Positions 50,931 through 61,096 are shown, counted from the first letter of the stretch. The stretch: DNA of 64,000 bases from a virus (IMGVR_UViG_3300032038_000018:32001-96000), one strand, 5' to 3'. Program-made: numbers and translations. Notes: a model not told the origin generated them from the sequence alone.

Positions 50931-53246
50931 TTATTCGACAGGGTTTTCCCCTTCTTCATTAGTTATCTTAGCTTTCTCCATCTTTATATTGTCTGCAGTC
51001 TCTTCCAGAGCTACCCAGTCAATAAATGGAGCATTTGTCTTTACTATATTATATTTTACTTCTTGTATGAAATCTTTATTCTCATCTGTGGTTTCACCAT
51101 ATCTGAGAGTTGTAAATTGCTCAGCAAATCTAGCAGAACCTTCAAGGATTTCATTAGAGTTGGATACAGATAATGCTCTAGGTCTAGGAAGCTTTACTTC
51201 AACTGTATTAGATGCGAGTGTCTTTAACTTGTCATCTATATCAAGATTTTCAATTATTCTCTTATATAATGCAGTCAAAGGTTCCTCGTAGTCAGATTGA
51301 AGTCCAGCAACTATTCCGGCAAAACCGACGTGAGCTGTAGTAAATGCTCTAGAGAAATCAGCTTGATTAGATTGCTCTACAAGAAGAGGTGGTACACCAG
51401 ATGCTATGAGAGCTTGATTCTCTAATTCTTTCTCATAATCTGTAGACATATCAACTTGTTGACCTTCCATACGCTCAAACTCAACAAGTTTATTGCCAGA
51501 TCTTGATACAGGCATTAAGATATTACCATCTGCTGCATACTTATGGAACATGAGAGAAGAGTCACCTATAATATCACCAAATGTTATATTAGACTCTTGG
51601 AGATTTCTTAATACTCTCTGTGCTTGGTTTCTACCGGATACATCTGCTGTACCTTTTCTAACATAAGCGATAGTCTTATCAGCAGATCTATTTATGTAGT
51701 TTAATACTTTCCTTATTCTTATAGATGTAAGAAGTTTAGCTGGCCATAAAGATTGCTTGAGTACAGAAGTGCCATCACCCTTAGCATCTTCATTTATTTT
51801 AAACTCAAATACATCATCCTTAGGAATAAACTGTATTCTGTACTGTGTATTTACTACACCATTAGCCATTATACAGTCGGCTATGAGTTTCTTAAATACA
51901 ACATGATCGGATACGAACTTAGCACTAAACTGTTTAGCTACTTTAGATCCGAGCATACTAGCTATTCTCTCTATTGTAGATTGTTTATTAATGTTAGTCC
52001 ATTCTGCATTAGAGAATGTGATATTAGCTTTAGTCTTATTGATCTTCTTGCTATCTACATAGAAGTATCCGACCGTTTCGTCTAATATCTTTATCTTAAT
52101 CATATTCTTAGAGTCTATGAATTTAAGATATGTGCCAGTTACATTGAATTTATTCTTATGCTTCTTATCTGTAGAAGATAATTTATTATTAGTCTTAGTC
52201 TCTCTTGAGAAAGTACCATCAGCAGCACCTATCTTATCAGCTTCAGTTGCAGGTGTACATTTCTCAAATGTCATCTTAAGATCTTCTGTAATACCTAAGT
52301 TGTGAGCTAAATCGGGCATTTCTTCTAATACATTAAATGGTATTTCACTATCTACACATTCTACTGTAGCTATATTCTTACCAAAGTTTTTAAGCGCATC
52401 TGATTTATAGAATAAGTCATTTGAATCTAGTACATTAGATGATTTTATCTCATCAACTATTTCTTTTATTTCAGTAGACTCTAATGCACAAGTTAGATTA
52501 TTGTCAGATGACATTAATTCATCAAATGATACAGATTCCATTGCATTAGTACCAAATCCATATCTCTCAGAATGATCTATTTGTGTAGAATTAGCACCAT
52601 TCTTCTTTTTCTTCTCTAATGTCTTTGCATAATCAGTAAACAGCTTTTGATATGATGGCGCATATACATAGTAGGTTCCAGTTACAAGTGATTCGCCTAT
52701 AACAGAATTCTTTAACTTGTATAAGAGTTTATTATCTTTCTCAAATACTTTTATAGCAGCCATTATCTGAGCCTGTTCCTCTTGAGATAATGCAGTACCG
52801 AATGATATATTTCTCTTCACAGATCCGGATAAGTCATCACTGGATACTATATGAGTCTTATATATATTCAAAGCTTGTCCCAATGAAGGAATGAATTTAG
52901 CTATAAACATTAGGTCTTGTGCTTCTATAAACTTATTCTTATATCTTTCATTGTAATATTGATATATATTACCTGAGTTCTTAGTGAGATATTCTCCAAG
53001 GTCACTACTATCTTCAATACTAACCGTCTTATTAAACTTCTTGGATTCATCATTCATAGCTCTATTAAACTCTATGATATCTCCATTAGAAACACCATGC
53101 GCTAATTCGAGCTCTCTATTTATTATAGATTTATATTCTTCAGTCTTACTAGATAAATTCTGATTGGATACTAGGTCATTATCTAATTTAATTAGTAGCT
53201 TATTGACTACTACATCCATAGGCTTCGGTTTATTATTACGAGGCAT
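50931..53246 (-). CDS. Probable portal protein
   Basis: Size, position after sheath/tube, portal-like motifs (LVTGTYYVY, GTSVL, SGVPP); late-type promoter at 53278-53291. Confidence 0.6.
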   Translation of the reverse strand: MPRNNKPKPMDVVVNKLLIKLDNDLVSNQNLSSKTEEYKSIINRELELAHGVSNGDIIEFNRAMNDESKKFNKTVSIEDSSDLGEYLTKNSGNIYQYYNERYKNKFIEAQDLMFIAKFIPSLGQALNIYKTHIVSSDDLSGSVKRNISFGTALSQEEQAQIMAAIKVFEKDNKLLYKLKNSVIGESLVTGTYYVYAPSYQKLFTDYAKTLEKKKKNGANSTQIDHSERYGFGTNAMESVSFDELMSSDNNLTCALESTEIKEIVDEIKSSNVLDSNDLFYKSDALKNFGKNIATVECVDSEIPFNVLEEMPDLAHNLGITEDLKMTFEKCTPATEADKIGAADGTFSRETKTNNKLSSTDKKHKNKFNVTGTYLKFIDSKNMIKIKILDETVGYFYVDSKKINKTKANITFSNAEWTNINKQSTIERIASMLGSKVAKQFSAKFVSDHVVFKKLIADCIMANGVVNTQYRIQFIPKDDVFEFKINEDAKGDGTSVLKQSLWPAKLLTSIRIRKVLNYINRSADKTIAYVRKGTADVSGRNQAQRVLRNLQESNITFGDIIGDSSLMFHKYAADGNILMPVSRSGNKLVEFERMEGQQVDMSTDYEKELENQALIASGVPPLLVEQSNQADFSRAFTTAHVGFAGIVAGLQSDYEEPLTALYKRIIENLDIDDKLKTLASNTVEVKLPRPRALSVSNSNEILEGSARFAEQFTTLRYGETTDENKDFIQEVKYNIVKTNAPFIDWVALEETADNIKMEKAKITNEEGENPVE

Positions 53247-53353
53247 GTGTTATCATCCTCCCATTATTTATTTAAAGATTATCCCATTGTCACGGTTTTT
53301 ACGCGAAAAATACACCTGTGTTGCCACAGGTGTATGAAAAATAGTATGTCGTA

Positions 53354-54409
53354 TCAGCTCTCGAATTCGAAACGAACTCCAGCAGGTGTAGTGTTGGTGC
53401 TACCTGAAGAATATGTAGCATCTGCTGTAGATGTTTCTTTATCAAGCTCAAGGTTATAGTTAAGATCATTCTCGTCATCGATAGTAGAATGCTGATAGCC
53501 ATGCATCTTCCAAAGAGGATCGAAGTTGAGGTAGTTGTACTCAAGCTGGTCTTTGATGAGATAGTGTATAGCAAGGTCATTGATATACCTAGACTCATAC
53601 TTCATAACAGCAAAGTCAACTGTCATTTCAACAGGAGATCTATCACCACTAGAATAGTTGAGATGATCTTTCTTTACGCTCTTGGGGAATGCGTGAGCAA
53701 ACATACAAGCGTACTCAATATAGTGCGCAGTGGGATCCAGATCATAGTATACGAACTCAGCAGTATGGTTCTTTTCACCATAAGGAACCCAGATTTTACC
53801 TGCGTCATTATTATAGTCATTATTATAGTTACCCATTGCTGTATATCTGGGCGTCGCGTTTGTATCGTTTGTGCCATTGGAATTCCTAGAGTATATTGTA
53901 TTCTGAGGAGTCTCAACTACACCATGATAGTGAGCAACACCTGAACGAGGGTCTCTAACACCAGTTACCCATAATTCAAGGAACTCACGAACAGGGGAAC
54001 CAGTTTGCTCATAGATACCGATCTGTATCTGATCTGTATCATCGGTTACAGAGCTGATGACCTCATAGTTTTGGTTAGCCCAACCACCAGAGATCTGCTC
54101 AGAGTTAACCGACATATCGTTTATACCAGAGATAGACTTATAGCCTGTCTCAATGTAAGACTTGAAGTTGTCAGTTTCCTGGGGGAATGCTATCTGCATG
54201 AAGTAAGGTTCTTTATGCATAAACATTCTGGTTATACCGGGTATATACGGGGTAAGCTGATCAAGATTCTGATCAGTAACGTCTATGCCAGATATGAAAT
54301 ATGAAAGCCTTCTATAGTCTTTCGTATTCTTTTTCATATAGCTCTTAGGAGTACCGGCTTCAGAAGCATGTTCAACTGAAGATTGCATAGAATTACCAAG
54401 TCCAGCCAT
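53354..54409 (-). CDS. Probable tail tube protein
   Basis: Directly downstream of the sheath; YE.TGSPVR..LELW..G..DP.SG, AFPK motifs; C-ending codon bias. Confidence 0.7.
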   Translation of the reverse strand: MAGLGNSMQSSVEHASEAGTPKSYMKKNTKDYRRLSYFISGIDVTDQNLDQLTPYIPGITRMFMHKEPYFMQIAFPQETDNFKSYIETGYKSISGINDMSVNSEQISGGWANQNYEVISSVTDDTDQIQIGIYEQTGSPVREFLELWVTGVRDPRSGVAHYHGVVETPQNTIYSRNSNGTNDTNATPRYTAMGNYNNDYNNDAGKIWVPYGEKNHTAEFVYYDLDPTAHYIEYACMFAHAFPKSVKKDHLNYSSGDRSPVEMTVDFAVMKYESRYINDLAIHYLIKDQLEYNYLNFDPLWKMHGYQHSTIDDENDLNYNLELDKETSTADATYSSGSTNTTPAGVRFEFES

Positions 54410-54429
54410 AATTAGTTCCTCCTTTCATA

Positions 54430-57189
54430 TTAGTCTATATTTCTGTTAACATCAATGTCAACCATAACAATCTTAACAAGATTCTTATGAACTACAGAGA
54501 TGTACAGATGGAGAATGCCGTATTCAGCTTCTTCAGAAGTTCTAGTGAAGTTTGCAGATATTGACTTAACCTGTGCAGCCGCATATTTGGGAAGTACAGA
54601 GTTAGACAGTATCGTGTTGAACCTCTTAAGATCGCTCATCTCGTTAAACTGATATGCAAAGTTCTCGCATACATGCTCAACATCTTTCTTGATATCAAGT
54701 ACGATATGAACATTGTTGATCTCAGTGAGATTAGACAGAGTAAATGCATCACCGAGTACAGGATATCTGGTAGACTGAGTAGCACGAATTACATCGCCTC
54801 TGGAATTAACCTGAGCGTAGTTAACATGCTCTTCAATGAGTCTATCCATATGCATAGAGTCGAGACCCTCATCCATAAGCGGAAATACCGACCTAGGAAG
54901 ATAAGAATCGATTACAGCATACAGAGATCCAGCATAAGGAATATGCTTACCTGCATTTTCTCTCCAGTGCTGAACGAGATGTCTAGCTAAGTTATAAGTA
55001 GAAGTAACTTCTACTATCTTGTAGTTGTAGGGATCTTTGATTCTACCATAGTAAGCATCAATAGAGAAGTACCAGTACTTCTTATAGTCGTTACCATTAG
55101 TAGCTTCATCGAATGCCTGAACCCATGTATATGCGTCAACCTTAGATACAAGAGTCTCACTTGTACCAGCATCAAGATATACTACAAATTCCTCACTACG
55201 ATGGTTATTTGCCCAGTTGCAAATAGCTATCTTAGTTTCATAAGAATAGTTAGCATCTAAGAAGAAGTCTATCTCAGTCTTGTTCTTAGAGAGTATATCA
55301 GGATAAGGATAATCAGCAGTTACAGTATCAGGTGTAGCAGATATACGATCATCTAAAGTAGGTATCTCTATAACAGAACCATGCTTAGAAACTACAGTAT
55401 ATCTATCTGCAGAATCGGCAGTCATAAGAGGATCAATAGGATTGCCGTCTACATCTTTAATCATAAGGTCAAGCAGGAAGTTGTTATTCTCATCGAAGTA
55501 AAGAGTAACATCCTTAACCTTTCTTGTCTTAGTGATGGTCTTAACAGTTGTATCTTCTACCCAACTATATGTAACAGGGTCACCCGCAACAGATACACAC
55601 TTATAGTAAGTATTGTTAGTGTATATAGGAGCCTCAGTTGTGGTAGAACCGGTATAATGAACAGTGATACCAAGATTGCTAGCAGAAGCGGTTGCCATTG
55701 TGGTAACATCTTCAATTCTCTTGTTATCAGCAGTAACTACTTCAGGAACACCATTGAACACAATAGTGTTGATGTAGCTATAATATGCGGATCTAACAAC
55801 GGATTCACCCTGGAAGATCCTTGTATATGCAGCATCAGAAGCAGCCTTTATCTGTTCAGCGCTAGTAGCTTTACCACCATTGTCAATCATTGCAAAAGCA
55901 CCATCGTTACCGCTCTCAAGAGAAGTACCGATAATGGAGCTAAAGCTGAAGTAAGTAGCATCCTGTGTTCCTTCTTCTGCAGCAGAAACAGCATATGTAG
56001 GATAGTAGCCATGACCATAAGCCTTAAGCTGTTCGTATGTTGTTACGCCTTCAGGAAGAGGATCAGGTAAATTATCAGGAGCTATAGCTGTATTACAAAT
56101 GATGTAACCAGTCATAGTCTTGTCAGTGGTAACAACTCTGGAAGCTACCTTCCTCTTATCATGACCAAGAAGAGGATCGAACTCATCATAAGAGATATAA
56201 CCGGGATTTACTCTCTGGTTAAACTCATTATAAAGAAGCTTGATTGCATCTTCATTGAAGTCTACTCTAAGAACAGAAGAAGCATTACCGTCATTGTCAT
56301 CATCATTAACAACGTTAGGAATGTACTTAGATACATTTCTTACAATACCGTTAGAAGAAACGGTAACAGCAAACTTCTCTATTAAGCTAGAACCCTCATA
56401 GATCTGGAACCAATAATTCTTGAAGTTATTGGACTTATCTCTATTAGGATCGGAAGTAATAGAAAAGCTGATTGAGTTACCATAGTGGCCCTTACCAAGA
56501 GCTGCTATAGACATAACTCTAACTTCTTTCCAGTCATCAAGACCGCCTGCAGCCTGAGTAGGAACTGTAGGAATTACTCTATAAGGGACAACTTCACCGT
56601 CAACTGTAACAGTTGCAGGAGCGAGAGAATAAGTTTCAGTTTCACCAGTGCCATCAACAATCTTGTTGATAAGATTGTTTGCATACTTTTCGTCTGCAAC
56701 AAGATCAGCAACATTCTTGATAGTATCATCAGTCTTAGCAACGAAGTATACATCAATCTCGCCAGGTACTATTGCACCAGCTTTATATGTAACACCGTCA
56801 GGACCAACATGATCGTCTGCAGGAGAAATATAATAATCTCTAACTCTATATCTAGCAAAAATATGAAGGTTTGCTACTACTGCATCATCTGCAGTGGCAC
56901 GCAAACAATACATAGTGACATTGTTAGATAAAGCCATTGTACGTGCATTCAGTAAAGGCTGCCCGTATTGCGCTACAGAACCATTGCCATAAAGATCATC
57001 AAACTGCTCGATACCGGTTACTTTACGAATACCATCAGGACCCTTGGGAGACCTAAATACGCATAAAGTTTTACCGTACTCGGTACCAGTTTGTATATAT
57101 CTACGCAATGTATTGTCATTTATGTTAACTTCCACGTGCGGATACTGATGCGCGGGAAGATTAACCGACGTTATGGTTGCAATAGGCAT
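54430..57189 (-). CDS. Tail sheath protein
   Basis: YPHVEVNIND, F..LYG, G..GN.I, FFLDANY, VYLDAG, TQST, LTEINN, C-terminal V.IDVNR; late-type promoter at 57242-57255. Confidence 0.85.
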   Translation of the reverse strand: MPIATITSVNLPAHQYPHVEVNINDNTLRRYIQTGTEYGKTLCVFRSPKGPDGIRKVTGIEQFDDLYGNGSVAQYGQPLLNARTMALSNNVTMYCLRATADDAVVANLHIFARYRVRDYYISPADDHVGPDGVTYKAGAIVPGEIDVYFVAKTDDTIKNVADLVADEKYANNLINKIVDGTGETETYSLAPATVTVDGEVVPYRVIPTVPTQAAGGLDDWKEVRVMSIAALGKGHYGNSISFSITSDPNRDKSNNFKNYWFQIYEGSSLIEKFAVTVSSNGIVRNVSKYIPNVVNDDDNDGNASSVLRVDFNEDAIKLLYNEFNQRVNPGYISYDEFDPLLGHDKRKVASRVVTTDKTMTGYIICNTAIAPDNLPDPLPEGVTTYEQLKAYGHGYYPTYAVSAAEEGTQDATYFSFSSIIGTSLESGNDGAFAMIDNGGKATSAEQIKAASDAAYTRIFQGESVVRSAYYSYINTIVFNGVPEVVTADNKRIEDVTTMATASASNLGITVHYTGSTTTEAPIYTNNTYYKCVSVAGDPVTYSWVEDTTVKTITKTRKVKDVTLYFDENNNFLLDLMIKDVDGNPIDPLMTADSADRYTVVSKHGSVIEIPTLDDRISATPDTVTADYPYPDILSKNKTEIDFFLDANYSYETKIAICNWANNHRSEEFVVYLDAGTSETLVSKVDAYTWVQAFDEATNGNDYKKYWYFSIDAYYGRIKDPYNYKIVEVTSTYNLARHLVQHWRENAGKHIPYAGSLYAVIDSYLPRSVFPLMDEGLDSMHMDRLIEEHVNYAQVNSRGDVIRATQSTRYPVLGDAFTLSNLTEINNVHIVLDIKKDVEHVCENFAYQFNEMSDLKRFNTILSNSVLPKYAAAQVKSISANFTRTSEEAEYGILHLYISVVHKNLVKIVMVDIDVNRNID

Positions 57190-57260
57190 ACGCTTTTTCC
57201 TCCTTTATATAAATTATATTAATCTTTTGATTATAATAATCATTAATTAAATGTTACTTT

Positions 57261-58028
57261 TTAGAGATATAGCACTTTCTCTATAGGAGAGGCTTCCTGA
57301 TCTAATCCACGTCTTGTAATGTTAACTGCATTACCTAACATTCGACCCATATGCTCAAATGTTTGATTAGCAAATACAGACGAAGATGCAACAGAACCTC
57401 TTATGTTTGTAGTATAGTAATCATTGCTCTTCATATCTTTACCATACTCAAATCTAAACTGTTGGTCTATATTAGATCTCCTCTTATACAGAGATGCTAT
57501 AATGTATTGCATTACTACATACATTACTCTAGGATCAAAGTCATTGATTTCGACATTTTTTACCCATGCTGTATATACATCCTCATATTTTACAGTAGGC
57601 GGGATTTTACCTTTATTAATTAAATCAAGAAATTTAGTACAGTTATCTATATCTTTCTTGATCTTCGCATCCATCATGATATCTCCACGGTTATACTCTA
57701 ATACTCTATACTTCTCAGGAGTATCCTCATTATTGAGATTGAGAGTTGTATCATATGTATTAGACGGATATGTCTCTATCATATTAGGATACATAAATGT
57801 TTTTAATGGAGATGATTCTATAGTCTTAGATGCATCATCACCATTAGCATATCTGATATTAAATATACCAACTAATTTAAATCCATCACCAAAAGAAGAA
57901 GCAACGGCAGAGTGTACTATATCTATAGAGACTCTATCATCATCAAATAGATCTTTAGGTATATAAGCTCTTAATAGATCAACATTGACTATGATTTTAC
58001 CATCTTTCTTTATAAATTCGTTAGCCAT
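57261..58028 (-). CDS. Probable virion RNA polymerase beta-prime C-terminal fragment
   Basis: MQYIIASL...SVFANQTFEHMGRMLGNAV...SPIEKVL resembles RpoC HIEVIVRQM...SFISAASFQETTRVLTEAA...KENVI. Confidence 0.55.
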   Translation of the reverse strand: MANEFIKKDGKIIVNVDLLRAYIPKDLFDDDRVSIDIVHSAVASSFGDGFKLVGIFNIRYANGDDASKTIESSPLKTFMYPNMIETYPSNTYDTTLNLNNEDTPEKYRVLEYNRGDIMMDAKIKKDIDNCTKFLDLINKGKIPPTVKYEDVYTAWVKNVEINDFDPRVMYVVMQYIIASLYKRRSNIDQQFRFEYGKDMKSNDYYTTNIRGSVASSSVFANQTFEHMGRMLGNAVNITRRGLDQEASPIEKVLYL

Positions 58029-58095
58029 AACGATATTCACTTCCATTCATATGAAATAATATCCATATAACCCTATATAGAGGGTAATATGGATA

Positions 58096-58602
58096 TTATT
58101 TTGTGTAAATATATTGTTTTATCTTAGTATGACCATCTCTACTGGTAAATTCTTTACGCAGTGAGAATCCAAACTTAATAGCTAATGCAATAGATGATTT
58201 ATTTGTATCTACCACATTCCAGTATATAGTTTGATATTTTTTGTCTCTCTTAACTATAGCAAGTATATGTGACAATATTTTCTTAGCAATTCCACGATGT
58301 CTATATTCAGGATGTACTCCAAAATCTAATTCGCATTCAGATGTATACTTTTTAGTATCCGTATCATATGCTCTCATTACACATGCATATGCAACAGGAG
58401 TATTATCTATTAACATAGTTACTATAATACCAAAATCGTCATGTATAAATTTAGTAGCAAAATCTCCTTCAGGATTATATAGATAATCATTTGAATTTGA
58501 TTTAAAGCTACCTGCATTTACATAGTATCTATCTTGTTTATTAAATGATGAATAGACTTCATTTACTGAAGCTATATCATTATATACATATTGTATATTC
58601 AT
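58096..58602 (-). CDS. GNAT-family acetyltransferase
   Basis: VHPEYRHRGIA acetyl-CoA motif; N..SI.L..KFGF. Confidence 0.85.
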   Translation of the reverse strand: MNIQYVYNDIASVNEVYSSFNKQDRYYVNAGSFKSNSNDYLYNPEGDFATKFIHDDFGIIVTMLIDNTPVAYACVMRAYDTDTKKYTSECELDFGVHPEYRHRGIAKKILSHILAIVKRDKKYQTIYWNVVDTNKSSIALAIKFGFSLRKEFTSRDGHTKIKQYIYTK

Positions 58603-58715
58603 TGATTTATCCCCAATTTGGCATCTATTTCATCTTTATATTGTGGATATTTTGCTATTACGTCTTCATATTTGAGTTTATGCATTTTAATACGCATAAC
58701 GAGATAATCTACCAT
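58599..58715 (-). CDS. 38-aa small protein of the kind found after Firmicutes phage tail-fibre genes
   Basis: MVDYLVMRIKMHKLKYEDVIAKYPQYKDEIDAKLGINQ; stop overlaps the GNAT start; GAAGGTG RBS. Confidence 0.6.
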   Translation of the reverse strand: MVDYLVMRIKMHKLKYEDVIAKYPQYKDEIDAKLGINQ

Positions 58716-58717
58716 AA

Positions 58718-59038
58718 TTATACACCTTCTTCACCATTCATAAGAATAAAGTCAAGTACTTCTTCTATAGCAGTAATTCTGTCTGTTATAGTGAATTCAT
58801 CGCCGACAGTGTAAGTTAAATAATAATCTATATTATTTGCTATTTCTTGCTCAGATATTTCTCCGGTAGGAATATTGAAATTATTCTCTTCATAGTAATA
58901 TACGTCATACCGGTCTCCTGTTTCTTCATCTGTAACAGTTTCAGTAGATGTATGCTTACGCACATATATGATAGTAGTATCGCCTGCTATTGTATAATCA
59001 TATGAAGGCAATAATGTATTTGATTGTGTTATATACAT
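58718..59038 (-). CDS. Putative tail-fibre-associated small protein
   Basis: Downstream of the fibre genes; C-terminal T..DRI.A.EE coiled motif. Confidence 0.5.
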   Translation of the reverse strand: MYITQSNTLLPSYDYTIAGDTTIIYVRKHTSTETVTDEETGDRYDVYYYEENNFNIPTGEISEQEIANNIDYYLTYTVGDEFTITDRITAIEEVLDFILMNGEEGV

Positions 59039-59111
59039 AGATATCACTTCCATTTATATTTTATAAGGTTTTTCTTATGATTTCATATATATTTTCAGAA
59101 AGGTGGTTTTT

Positions 59112-59332
59112 AGAAAACTCTACCCCCTCTCCCTCTGCGCACGTGGTCGGTTAAGACCACGTGCGCATTCACCCTCTCCCCCTGTAAAGATGATTTAGGA
59201 AGCCCGAGCCGAGCACACGAAAGCCGCACGAGCGGCGAGGCTCCAGCCCGCGAACGAAAGGGTAGAGTTCGCATGAGAACAAAACGAGCCAGCGAAGCCG
59301 CCGGTGAGCAAGTAGCCAAACAACAGCACCTC
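59112..59332 (-). repeat. DGR-like variable region plus downstream conserved cis element, copy A
   Basis: GC-rich 221-bp gapless repeat of 61159-61379 (offset 2047 bp); hairpin at 59136-59167. Confidence 0.85.
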
Positions 59333-61096
59333 ATAAAGTCCACTCGTTTGGTCTCCACGATAGTAAACCGCGTCGCATAATCCCGTAGTTGCACTTCCAC
59401 CATCACAGTCTATGGTATAACCACCATTATTTAAATCATAATGTATATCTTTACCATGTTTCCAAGTAACGCCTGCCGTAGTATGAGTGAGATATCCTAT
59501 ATCAGTATAATCACTTGATATTGTAGCTGTAGTTTTAGTAACTGCCTTTAAGTCATTTTGTATTAATACATGTGCATTTGTATTACTATCATAACTATAC
59601 ACTGCATTGCCACATACTTCAAGTGTACCTGAAAAAAGTTCTATGCCACTCATTACACTTGGGAATCTGCTATTAACAGCAAAATTACCAACTTCATAAG
59701 TACCGTCTTTGCCAAGTATATCAAGAGAATATCCGGTTTTATATATAGAAGTTTGTACACTACAAGTTGTATCTACTGTAACATTGCTATCTATGTATAC
59801 AAGACTATATGTAGTCTCACCACTAGCACTATATCCTATAACATTACTATTGCCATCATATGCATATAGCGTATAAGTAGAGCCAGTAATATCCAATACA
59901 AGATTTATGTCAACATCGCTAGTTTCAGATGTATTAGGATCTGTATATGTAAATTGTATACTAATATTATTATCATCTAAATCTACTGCATTACCAGTAT
60001 TAGATATCTTCTTGCACAATATATCAAAATCTGTACTACTAGATATACTATAATCTGTATTAGATATGGTAAATCCAGTCTTTACATTCTTAAATAATAC
60101 GATATCATTAGATTTATTTGTAATAGTTGCATTGGAAGCTATATTCATGGATCTTTGATATTGTCTATCAGACTCTGGATTACCTATATCGATTCTAGTA
60201 TCTACATATAATTTATTTGCATCTGTAGTTGTAAGCACTACATAATTCTTATTAGTAGTGGCAGTCTGTATATACAGTCTATTATAATAATAAGAAATTA
60301 ATCCATTCAAATTATTTGCAAAGTTTGTATGGCCGTATTTCATCATGAATATACGCTGTATCATAGCAGCCTGACCCATTGTTATAGATGTCATGTTTTC
60401 ATTTCTAGCATGATACTTATCTACACATGTATTATACGAGGGACCGGTTACTGTGGTAAATGCTTGATGCACCCACGGATATTCACCAGCACTACTATAA
60501 GGAGCGCCATCTATCCATACAGATGGGAATTTAGTTATTGTATAAAATCCCTGGTCTTTACCATTTATATCTTTGCATAAATTATTTAACGTAAATCCGT
60601 CTCTGGGAGTATCTGTCCACTCTATGCACAAATAGTCTGTTCCATTTACGGTTTCTTTATATACCCTCTCATATACTGAAGCGAATAAGCATACTACGTC
60701 TACTTTGCCATAGTAACTAAATCCGGGTTCACCAACTATTGCATCTATTACTATATTGCCATCATCGCCATAGTGTACATTAGCATCTATAGATCTAAAT
60801 ACATTTATATTGGCATAATCATCTCTGCCAGCTACAGTACGTGTAGAAGGTTCTACTACTAAACCTTCATTAGCACCATATTTAGTACCGGCGGGGACGA
60901 TTACTCCAGCACTAGTGTAAGCGAATTTTACTCCATATATTTTTTCGTCTCTATTTGCTGCAAAATATAATTTCAGAAATTCAGATTTATTTTTAAATGG
61001 TAATTTATTTATTTTATTTAATTCTCTCTGTTTAGCTTTATCATTATAATATGATAATAAAGATGAATTAATTAGAGATTTATATTCATTTGCCAT
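59195..61096 (-). CDS. Putative receptor-binding protein with C-type-lectin-like variable C-terminus (DGR target A)
   Basis: Paralogue of 61242-63146; ends LLFG.L..GG.AG.F...AN..LS.A.W..AAR. Confidence 0.8.
   Translation of the reverse strand: MANEYKSLINSSLLSYYNDKAKQRELNKINKLPFKNKSEFLKLYFAANRDEKIYGVKFAYTSAGVIVPAGTKYGANEGLVVEPSTRTVAGRDDYANINVFRSIDANVHYGDDGNIVIDAIVGEPGFSYYGKVDVVCLFASVYERVYKETVNGTDYLCIEWTDTPRDGFTLNNLCKDINGKDQGFYTITKFPSVWIDGAPYSSAGEYPWVHQAFTTVTGPSYNTCVDKYHARNENMTSITMGQAAMIQRIFMMKYGHTNFANNLNGLISYYYNRLYIQTATTNKNYVVLTTTDANKLYVDTRIDIGNPESDRQYQRSMNIASNATITNKSNDIVLFKNVKTGFTISNTDYSISSSTDFDILCKKISNTGNAVDLDDNNISIQFTYTDPNTSETSDVDINLVLDITGSTYTLYAYDGNSNVIGYSASGETTYSLVYIDSNVTVDTTCSVQTSIYKTGYSLDILGKDGTYEVGNFAVNSRFPSVMSGIELFSGTLEVCGNAVYSYDSNTNAHVLIQNDLKAVTKTTATISSDYTDIGYLTHTTAGVTWKHGKDIHYDLNNGGYTIDCDGGSATTGLCDAVYYRGDQTSGLYEVLLFGYLLTGGFAGSFCSHANSTLSFAGWSLAARAAFVCSARAS

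Noticed and set aside
53489-57966. Long antisense ORFs opposite tube, sheath and RNAP-fragment genes (e.g. 55381-56070)
   Set aside because: Shadow ORFs from codon bias; no RBS and implausible composition
59110-59406. GC-rich alternative-frame ORFs over the repeats (also 61188-61391 and 61196-61471)
   Set aside because: By-products of stop-poor GC-rich variable-region and hairpin sequence; they overlap real genes and lack an RBS
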